Positions 1 through 9,900 of a DNA stretch of 45,142 nt are shown here, in pieces. Both the position numbers and the translations under genes were made by a program. The DNA lies in NCBI GenBank assembly GCA_050230475.1, contig JBFLGF010000015.1, positions 124,001 through 169,142 on the forward strand, read 5' to 3'. The number at the start of each line of letters is the position of its first letter. The stretch's first letter is position 1. This DNA is from Ancylonema sp. Lineage: Eukaryota. The notes beneath the pieces are model-generated. The model was given only the letters and a program-made list of their open reading frames with translations. It searched no databases and had not been told where the DNA came from.

Positions 1-822
1 TGCGGGGAACCGGAGCAATAGGGGTGACACTATAGGATGGGACCAAGCTAGCTGGTGAGTGTTGATGTCGATCGGGTGGTTTACTTTCTCTACCGCGATC
101 ACGCTTAGGTGAAGAGTGTGGAAGTCGCATTGGGTAAGGACACAAATCCACTTGGTGACCTTCGTTTTCACAGTTGTAACAAATCACCGATGTCCCGCCT
201 AGGAGCCTTGGTGAGTTGTCGCATGACGGAACGTTAGGATGCTAGGGATCTGCAGACAAACTATCGAGACGCGAGGAACTAGATGGAGCTCCTTGGTTAA
301 GCTTGCATGAACCCATTGCCGACTGAAGCTGTGGTCCGGTCTCCCTTGCTGCTCGGTACTCATAAGCAACTTTGGTGAGGGTGAGTTCGAACCTATCAAT
401 TTTTAGCATGAAATCCTCGACTGAGATAGGTGGTGTAGGCGTCGTCTCATACATTTTTTTCTCGGTTTCCTGAATGTACCAAATATCGACCAATTCGCGT
501 ACACCTTCCGGCAAATGCTTTTTCAGTTTCACCACAACTTGCTCTGTCGTCATCGCCATATGTTCCACAACAATCTGTGGAGGTTCTTTGAAACGATTGT
601 ACAAAGAAGACACGGACTCTGTGGCAGACAATGGTTTGAAGTTTTGGATCTTGGTGATGTGTTAATTGATAGATTGACAAAAACGGTCACGTAGCTCCTT
701 ACAAAAGGTGGTGTGCTCGTCAGGTTTTGCTCCGGTTAGAGGTGTCGGTCTGACCATAGCGGTGGTTAGGAATCTGCCTTGTGTCCGCCAATAATACATC
801 TCAGAATTCTTCTCACGATGGT
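1..822 (-). pseudogene. gag: Ty3/gypsy gag fragment (capsid-like region plus CCHC zinc knuckle), antisense to the adjacent integrase
   Basis: One minus-strand frame with two stops (662-664, 242-244) reads ...FCKELRDRFCQSIN*HITKIQNFKPLSATESVSSLYNRF... (retrotransposon gag pattern) and ICYNCENEGHQVDLCP. The latter is a CX2CX4HX4C knuckle at 140-181. Confidence 0.85.
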
Positions 823-1865
823 TGTCGCGAGGAGGGAATACAGTTGTCATGATTGCTATTGAGCATTTTACGAAATGGGTCGAGTTGATTCCATTACCCG
901 ACAGGAGCTCAGCCACAACAGCTAATGCGTATCTTGATAATGTGTTAGCACGTTTTGGTGCTCCAGCGGAGACTCTTACACACCAAGGTCCAGAATTCAT
1001 GGGAGAATTTCAAACCCTTGTGGCACAACACATCATTACACACCGCATGGCGTCCCGAGAACACCCTCAATCGGATGGCTTGGGATAAAAAATGGTCCAA
1101 ACCATGAAATTATGATTGCGGAAAACATTGCTAACGCAACACCGTGATGATTGGGATTTATTCCTTCCATACGTTGCGATGGGATACCGCATGACTTTAC
1201 AATCATCACTGGGTTACTCTCCTTACTACTTGTTGTTGGGACGTCAGCCAATCTTCCAAGCACAAATTCAACATCAAGAACACGTTCCGCTCCCAGCTTC
1301 GGACAACGAAATCTCTAGATTCATTGTTAACCGGGGTAAACTTTTTCAAGAAGTCCTGCCATTGGCAATGTGCAATTTGGCCATTGCACAACAACGCGAT
1401 TGGCACCAATACTTTCGGGTCCACGGCCAAGGATGGGACCGCCCCAAGGCGACATTCCATGTCGGACAATTCGTATAGGTCAAACGTCAAACAAAAGGAA
1501 CCCTTGACACTGCAACACACCCTCAGATCCTTCGTATCGCATAAGTACGACTTTCAGGTGTGGTCATTTTACAAGGACGGGACGGTCGCCGCATTACAGA
1601 ACAACAAAAAAATGCGTCTCCTTGCTCCATTTCCATTTTGGACAAGAACCTCAACAATCGCCTATTTTATAGCTCCGACCGCACATTATGCAGAAAATGC
1701 GGTGGACGACACGGCGAGGCACAAATGATTTGATGCGAAGATTGCGACGATGGTTACCATCTTTGGTGCCTTTCACCACCTCTCAAGGAGATCCCTACCG
1801 ACAAGTGGTTCTGCCCTATACACGCAAACCACAATCTGCCCAATAACCCAGACGTGGACGCATGA
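823..1865 (+). pseudogene. pol: Ty3/gypsy integrase, catalytic core and C-terminus, ending in a PHD finger; inactivated
   Basis: Single frame: SRGGNTVVMIAIEHFTKWVELIP...ARFGAPAETLTHQGPEF...HPQSDGL...WDLFLPYVAMGYR...GYSPYYLLLGRQP, then CRKC-x11-CEDC-x4-H-x2-C...WFCPIH at 1689-1823. In-frame stops at 1086, 1113, 1476, 1542 and 1731. The second catalytic Asp appears as His (LTHQG). Confidence 0.9.
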
Positions 1866-1876
1866 CTTACCAGTCT

Positions 1877-1886
1877 GGGGGGGGAC
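1877..1886 (+). promoter_or_regulatory. Polypurine tract of the LTR retrotransposon
   Basis: GGGGGGGGAC lies 11 bp after the pol stop and directly before the repeated LTR start. Confidence 0.75.
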
Positions 1887-2949
1887 AGTTAGGGCAGATG
1901 CCTAGTTACACTTACAAAGTCATCGATATCGACATTCACCATTTCATGTCGATGGACTACGTTATGACGTCATACATCAAATGATTACGTCATCAACGAC
2001 CCTTTGCCCTATCGATCCTATCTGGCACGTCAGTTGTCACGACGCCTGAGATCGTTAGCTATTTTACCCCTAATATCTACTAAATCTCTCCCTATATTAA
2101 ATCACGTCTGCGCCGCGCCAAATCAAGAGTTCAGCCGCACTACAACTTCCGCCCCGCTCGCCGGTCCCGCTCCCGAGCTCCAGTTCAGCCTGCGCCCCCG
2201 CTCAACATTTGAATTAGATTTGTTTTTAGCATTTGTTATCCATCGATCCGACGTGGCACCTTTGTACTAGTCAACAATCAACTTGTGATGACTTGTCATA
2301 AATGTTAGCCGTCGATGAATATCCGACGATAGATATTGTAGATAAGACGACATTTGCGCGCGAGGCATATTTCGTGAGATTGAATTGTAGATCGACACGC
2401 GTGCGTCGTCTGTAGAAGTTTGAATAAAACCTATGTACTTCGAACTCAGAATTCAGCTTTCGCTGAATCTAACGCTGGAAGAGACTTGCATATCCTCTAT
2501 CTTGCCTCTCATGTTAGTTGCATCTCTGTCTACTGTGCTTTGCCTTGCAATCTGCTTGCTTGCATAGTGTGATTTATTATCATTGTTGCTTGCACATCCG
2601 AGTTGTCGCTCATCGTGCTTTAGTTTGTTTACTTCGCTTTCTCGAATTACCCTTTATGCTCATTTACACGACGCAAGTCAAAGCTACGCTCAGTTTGCAG
2701 CCTCAAAGTCCTTTGCTGCACATTACAAGTAATTGAGACTTACACATAAGTAGCTGATCGCTGACCAATAGCTACAATGTTCTTACTTAGTTTTTGTATT
2801 GCTTCACACTCTTTTAGAATTCTCAAAGTGTCGATAGCATTGTCTTCTTGCCCGCAGCGAGAGAGTAACGAGTCAAGTTACCGTTCCTGCCGACGTTTCG
2901 GTGATCGTTTTACGATCACTACCGCGATTCAAGCGTGCCAAACTCCTTG
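1887..2949 (+). mobile_element. 3' LTR (~1.06 kb) of the gypsy element
   Basis: Non-coding stretch directly after the PPT. It begins AGTTAGGG (probably a mutated TG) and has AATAAA at ~2423. Its first ~130 bp recur at 2950. The right boundary is approximate. Confidence 0.7.
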
Positions 2950-3094
2950 GTTAGGGCAGATGCCTAGTTACACTTACAGAGTCATCGATATCGACATTCA
3001 CCAATTCATGTCGATGGACTACGTTATGACGTCATACATCAACTGATTACGTCATCAACGACCCTTTACCCTATCGACCTGCACGTCACTTGCA
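2950..3094 (+). repeat. Second, truncated copy of the LTR 5' end
   Basis: gttagggcagatgcctagttacacttaca...ccctatcga matches 1888-2016 with about 4 substitutions, then diverges. Confidence 0.9.
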
Positions 3095-4219
3095 TGGTAC
3101 GGGATGGGACGGGTGGGCATACCCTAAATTGCTCTTCGTGGGGTTATGAACTAGGGTTATATAACTAGGGGTTGCACTTAAACCGCTAAATTGCTAAGAT
3201 ATACATGTTTTTTGGGTCCCTTTGCAATTTTGAACACTACAGTGCCCCTAAAAACTTGCCATTCCAATGGATAATTGTGTTTCAAGCATAATTTATACAA
3301 AACGGGAATCACTCCGTTTCACAAAGCCCATTTTCAACTACATTCACTATATTATGCATGTCTAATCTCCTACATAAGTTTGGTAAATAAAACCGTTTAG
3401 TTTTCCCAACACTTATTTAAGCGTATGGTATATTTGGCAAACTTGGAGCAAGAATTCACCAATTGATGTAATAAATATTCCAAAAAAGCAAAGACGAAGT
3501 GACAATCAAGGAGAGAACGATTGAAAGCATCGCTGATCGCGTAGTAACTTTATAACGTAATCCCTCGCCGCATTTCTCTACACATTAGCACTTATGTTAT
3601 AGTCTACGAGCACAAACGTGGATAATAATGAATTCAGATAATTACCGTCATCACAACTTGGAGGGGAAAGTAGCGTGTCCAAGTAAACGATTGTGCAAGG
3701 AAATCGATGGCATTGATTAAATTACGTTTCTATGCCATTTTCCCTCCCACCTGTTTGAGACATTTGGGGAGGGGGGCAGAAAACATGAGTTGATCTGATG
3801 AGCCTCAAATCCGAGTTCCCCGGGTGACACAATTCCGTACGCCCCGGTCAAAGCTCCCGTCGCAAAGATATGTTGTCTCGCAAATCATTGCACACGTAAC
3901 CCGGTTGAGCTTGAAAAAAATATTGTAGGCCGAAACCTAGTGTCCGGTGTCTACTCAAAGTATCCGCAATGGCAGCACATCACTTCTCATTAACAATTTT
4001 TGTCAGTACAGTTTGGTCAGAGGCCTTTATCCCCCCCCCCCCCCCACATCTGAGCAATTTAGGCCCTAAATTAACGGTAGGGGTGAGGAAATTTCCCGAA
4101 ATTTTCCCTAAATTCCAAGTTATATTTAGGGGTTTTTAGGGGTGCTTTCCGGACATACTCTTATTATGCTTTTGTAATTACGGTCTAAATACCCCTAATT
4201 ACGAAGAGGATTTCCAGAC

Positions 4220-4375
4220 AAACCTGTCGAAAGGAATACTGTCGGGACCGGGAAATAATATTCCTTTAGATAGGTTATGCCCTAGACAGGAACGGTTCCT
4301 AACAAATCCAATTGTGGGACCGGAATTTGCTGTTATTTTAGAGAGGTTATTCCTTTAGACAGTACCGTACCGGCC
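4220..4375. repeat. Dispersed MITE-like repeat (aaggaatactgtcgggaccggga / cctttagacaggttat family)
   Basis: The same motifs occur at ~21963-22120 in direct orientation and at ~31795-31960 in inverted orientation. Confidence 0.7.
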
Positions 4376-5664
4376 AGATTTAATGCCCCACCCCTCCGGG
4401 GATCGAAATAATAAGCCAAAGATCCAGCAATCCGCCCACCCCCGAGCATATAATTTTTAGACCCCTGCAATTCGCCCACCCCTTCCGGGCGACTATTTAT
4501 TCACATATGACCCACTCTGGTAACGGTCAAATGAGCTACTAAAATGCTGAACACCGTGATCGTTAAAGATCAGTTCACCAATATTCTTATATTTGGGCCT
4601 CTATGGCCTATATTTTGCCCCTTTATACCCTTGACGCCCCCCCACCGACCCCCATTAATTCAGATTTTATTTGTAGTGTGTAGGTTTAGGCTGCCGAAAT
4701 GAAAAATAAATATTAAAAAAAAAAAAAAAAAAAAAAAAACAAATACAAACTACATAAATGCAAATTTCTTTTGTGGCTTTTCATAAATTGTGAGGTAACA
4801 GTGTCCATATTATGGATGGGTACGCATGCGTAAACAAGTTATGTACGCAGGCAGGCGAATATGTTCAATTGTGTGTGTTGAACTAAAATGGTTTTTTGAA
4901 ACGGGATGTTGTCTTCTTATGATGCCTTGCCTTTTTCACGGAGGGGTGGCATGTCCGCATCCGGCACTCTTAAATTGTTTTGAACTATAGATGACCTCAA
5001 AATACCTCGATATAAAGACCCAGGCCTCCTAAAAAAACCGGGGATTAGGGGACTTAAGGCCTCAAAAGCGACCTTGGAATTAATACCGTACTGGGCACCC
5101 TAAATGATTTCTGTTTTTTCAGAATTAATTATTTTCGTTATGATTTTTCAAAATGATCACGGGAATCTGTTAGTTATTATCGATGATTTCTGGTAATGAT
5201 TCCATGAATCCGTTAGTTATTATCAATGATTTTCGGGGATGATTCCGGATTGTAGTAATAAAAAGCGTAAAAGATTTCCTTGTTTATAAATAAAAAATCA
5301 AATGATTTGTCCTTATCTGGGTCATTCTTACATTTTTACCGTACATTTGGACAACACAAGTGCACGTGGCAAGCACTCGTACTAGTCGCGATATCTCGAC
5401 CGGCCACAATTTTGTCGTTAAGGATGGTCTTAATTTGTCGTATAGCCCATATCTAGTCGGTATTATTTCCCATATCGTGGGACTTCAGGGCCCGGTACGT
5501 AGTTTCTGACGTCGTAAATGTCGCTCGTCCAAAAATGTGTCCTTTTGCGCGTGCCTACTTTGTTGTGTACCCCGGCTCATCACATCTAGAGTCACATCCA
5601 GGTGACCCCGAATTTCCCGTAAACGATTCCGAAAACGGGTTTTATTGATGAATTTGAGTATCCT

Positions 5665-6710
5665 TTTTCGCGAGAGCTTCTTCACCCAACAGCTCGCGCG
5701 GCACTGCCTCCATATGCCACCTTGGCCGTGGCTTCTATTCCTCACTTGCAACCGACACTTCTTGTTGCTACCCACGCTGCTGCGTTTGAGGAGCTTGTGG
5801 CGAGCACCGATCTCGCGACATCGAGGGCGAGGCTTCGGTCCCCCAGTGGACCCGGTGCGGGTCATTGGCTACAGGCGTCCCCCATCATTCCCTCCCTTCG
5901 TATCCCCCTTCCCCTATTCCTTACTGCCGTGCGCTTGCGCCTCGGGTTTCCCCACCCTTGTCTTGCTACCTATGATACGTGCGCGTGCGGCAACTCTATG
6001 GACGCCCTGGGTACGCATCTTATGCGCTGCAGTCGAGGGGGGGAGCGCACTTCATCTCATGACTCGGTGCGAGATTCCGTATATCACATCCTCCGCGAGT
6101 CGGGTCCGCATGTTCAACGAGAACGTACGGGGTTTCTTCCGTCTTCCGCTCCGGGCGGTCGTGGGGGGCGAGTGGATATTGTTATTTCGGATGTGGTGGA
6201 GGGGCATATTTTGGTGGATGTGGTCATTGCTCACCCCACGCGGCGTGACTTGGTGGATCTCGCGGCTTGTCGAGGGTTGGTGGCCGCATAAGATGCAGAA
6301 CGGCGCAAAGAAACTCATTATCGTGATCGCGCGGCAGGGACCAAGTTTATCCCGTTTGCGTTAGAGGCGTACGGTGCGCTTTCCGATGCAAGCAATCGGT
6401 TATTGGTGGATTGTGCTCACCGTGCGGCGCAATTGAATGGGCGGTCGGGGCGGAATGTTAGTTTGTTAGTTACTTGGTTTCGGCAGAGAGTTTCTGTTGC
6501 TTTACAACGTTCTCTAGCACATGCAATCCATGCTAGAACGTTGCGATTGGAAGAGGGTATGGCTCTGTTTACCTCCCCCCCCTCCGCGGGTGTTATTGTC
6601 GTCAACACAGAGTTAAGGATTGCGGTTGTTTTAGGGTTGGGGTTGTTTTCCTTCTTCTGTTCCGTTGTTAAGGTTGGTACTGGGGTTCCCATCGTGCTTG
6701 AATAAAATGC
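5665..6710 (+). mobile_element. 5'-truncated CRE-clade (RLE-type) non-LTR retrotransposon, C-terminal zinc knuckle and restriction-like endonuclease
   Basis: One frame (5722-6705, single stop at 6289) contains ARLRS..GPGAGHWL, AVRLRLG, CACG...DALGTHLMRC, HDSVRD, RVDIV..VDV, ERRKETHY, FIPFALEAYGAL and RQRVSVALQR. These are typical CRE-like C-terminal motifs. It ends at AATAAAA (~6701). No RT domain is retained. Confidence 0.85.
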
Positions 6711-6958
6711 GTCTTTCTTTTCTTCGATACAGCGACAAATTAAATTCCTCCATTTGGTAATTAATTTAAATGATTACTTTCGGGTTTCAATAATTAATTA
6801 AAAATCATTTACGGCATAGATGGGACTTTGAAGTGCGCGTCCCGCACGTGTTCCGCACGCGTGCGCTCGCGCACCTGACTCCTCGCACCCCGCTGCCGAA
6901 AGGCAGTCCCATGTTGATTGAATAAAAATCTGAGATCACGGCAGTGGGATCTTCAGAC

Positions 6959-9900
6959 ATGCCGTCCACCCCTCCCAAAAGTAGCTCTCGCACGTCATGT
7001 TGGGTGGATGGTGTGAGGGTGAGGGCAGATGTCGAGAGGGGCGACGATGATGATCTGCAGGCAAAGGCCTCGCGAAGGATTCGCTGCGAGGGCAGCAGAG
7101 AAATAGAGGGTGCAGAGCAAGACCGATTTAACGTTCGCTCTGCCTCCCCGGCGGGAATGCGACCGCGCCAGGTTGGAGATTCTCCGAACGACAGAGTTGA
7201 TAAGTTGGCCTATGGTGACGAGTACGACGCGACTACTCCCCGCCGACAGAGCCTGGGAGTAGCAGGTGGGGGGGGGTGGGGTGTAATGTCCCAGGGTAGT
7301 GGCATTCTCAAGTATAGCGGTCGGACCAATGGGGCTAGACCTCCTGCCAGTGAGCAGGTGAAGACGGCAAAGAAGGACAAGGACTGGTGGGACTATAACT
7401 GGAGAGACCACGTGACCGACAAGGGCACCGGACCCGCCACGTGGTCGGGTCCTACAGCTTCCTCGGTCGGACAGGAGGGACGCGTACCGTTCAAGGAAAT
7501 GGTGGGGAGGATGCCGAAGAACCTTGCCACCCCCCCCAAGGTATTTTCCAGCAGCAGTCCGCCGGCGCGGGCAGCGACTGCGTCCCGCGGAAGCTCCCCG
7601 ATCCCCTCCCCCATGCGAAGTCCGCCAACCTCCCCACCCCATCGCAGCGGCCCCAGCCGCGGGTCTTCCCATCGCACCCCCGATCCAGCCTCCTCCTCGA
7701 AGGCACCCCCCGGCTCCTCCTCCAAACCCCGCGGGAAGGCGGGCAACAGCGCCATGACCGCCCCCCCTGCCCCCCTCCCCTCCTCCGTCCCTGCGTTCAA
7801 CACCCACTCGGTAGACGCGGGTGTCGCCCCCGCCAGGGTGCGGGGAACCAATTATCCTCGGGACCTGCCTCCCGTCGCTCCGTCCCCATCTCCCTCCTCG
7901 GAATTTCCGAGCACGTCTGTGGACGCGGCCGGCCTGGCGAGGCGGCGGGGGGACTTGCCTCCGAAACAGAAGCGGAGCTCGTCCGCTAAACTCCAGGGGG
8001 GGGTAGTGCCCCCCTTTCCCCAGGAACACATAAGCAGCCACCCGCAGAAAAGTTGGTCCCATCTCAAAAACTCGGTGATCGAAACCCCCTCCCCAAGCAA
8101 AGCGGGGCCGATCCCAAGTGGTGCCTCCATCAGTGCAGACCATGCGATATCCGGAGCGGGTGGGGGGTCAGGGGCGGGGGCAGGGGCGGGGACGGGGGTG
8201 GGGGGGGTGCAGCCGCTGGCGAGGAATGTCAAGGGAGCGGTGCGGAGCGGGGAGGCCTCTCCCTCTGTGCGGAGGGGCGGGGTGGTGTTTGGGAGGAGAC
8301 GGGGGAGGGGAGGGGGGGGGGGGTCGGTGGATGGCCGAGAAGGAGGCGTGGAAGTGGAGGGGGAGGAGGATGTGGATGCGAGTGTCAAAGCCTCAGCTGT
8401 TGTCGCCGAAAAGGAGAAGCAGAGGAGGAAGGAGACGGAGGGGGAGAAGGCGGAGGAGGAGTGGAACAAATCGAAGATGACGAGTACGCTGGATTGGATC
8501 GTGGAGAACCTGACGATGAAGCCGGGGAGGAAGGGGGTGGTCGCTTCTGGGGAGCAGGAGGATGCAGAGGAGGAAGAGGAGGACGGGTCGGGGGAGGGTA
8601 AAGGGCCGTTCAGTGAGGCGGATCTGGAGCACTCGATCACGCTGAAGAATGGGGAGAGGCAGGAAGGAGGGGGGGGGCCGAGTCGGAGGGGAGGGGAGGG
8701 GGGGGATCCGTTGTCTGGGGAGGGAGTTCCTCTGTCTCCCCAGGAAGGCGCAAGACACGTGCCGTCGAGGTCGGATACGGGGGAGGGGCGGTTGGAGGGG
8801 GGAGGCAGCGCAGTTGGGGGACGGAGTTGGGGGCTGGGTAGTAAGACGCCCAAGGAGATGAACGTGCGGTCGAGGTCGGATACGGGGGAGGGGCGGTTGG
8901 AGGGGGGAGGCAGCGCAGTTGGGGGACGGAGTTGGGGGCGTGCGGTCGAGGTCGGATACGGGGGAGGGGCGGTTGGAGGGGGGAGGCAGCGCAGTTGGGG
9001 GACGGAGTTGGGGGCATCTTGAAGAAACCGTTCAACAACGTGAGGGAGGACTTCCACCTGGACGCGTCCGTGTTGGGGGAGGGGCGGTTTGGGGTGATCC
9101 GGGTGTGCCGCCACAAGAAGAATGGGGAGAAGCTGGCGTGCAAAAGCATCAGCAAGGAGAAGCTCAAGGTAGGGGACGGGAGCGGGGGGGGCCGGGGGGT
9201 GGCAGGGGTTTCACATTCAAGGGTCCGATAGGAGGCTCGGGGGCTGAAGGGAGTGTGTTCTTGTAGAGGGGGAGGGTTGGTTTGTTGAGAAGAGGAGGAG
9301 CATGGGGTCGCGGAAGGCATGCGGTTGGCGGTTGGCTTCTGGCCTCTGGCCTTTGGCGATGTCCTAGATTCTTGTCAAGGGGGGAGAGGGGGGACACAAG
9401 AAGGCGTTCTGACAGGTTGTGTGCGTGTGGGTATGTGTTTCTGTACTGCAGTGTGCGCAGGATTTGGACGACGTCCGTCGTGAGGTGGCGGTGATGGAGC
9501 TGCTGAGGGGGCATCCTGACATCGTGCACCTCAAGGCCACGTATGAGGACGCAGCGGTAAGCACTCAACCCTAAACCCTAAACCCTGAATCTGGACAGGC
9601 GACGCAGGGATGCTGTGGGGGATAGGTAGTGGTGGGATGCTCACTGCGTCCGTGTAATTGGAGGTGGGGGTTAGTATGGGGGTGGGGGGGAGGAGGGGGC
9701 AATGGTCGTTTGAAATGGGCTCGGAGTGCTCTCTGCCATGATTGGATCTCAGAGTTTTAGTGGCCTGTCAGTGGAAGGGAGTGCAGAAGTGTTGGGGTAC
9801 TTGATGTGTCATCGCATGCAGTCGTGGTCCGTCAATAGTAGTTGGGGTAGGGAGTACTCGTTGAGTCGGAGGGCAGTCGTCTTGGCTTACAGCTCATTGG

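Noticed and set aside
1887..3094. DIRS/Ngaro split direct repeats
   Set aside because: The element has a DDE integrase and a PPT, and no tyrosine recombinase is visible.
5645..6364. 239-aa + strand ORF overlapping the retroelement
   Set aside because: Alternative frame; all conserved CRE motifs lie in the 5722 frame.
6995..9320. Long antisense and alternative-frame ORFs (382, 420 and 227 aa) over kinase exon 1
   Set aside because: These are expected shadows of very GC-rich, stop-poor sequence and show no domain motifs.
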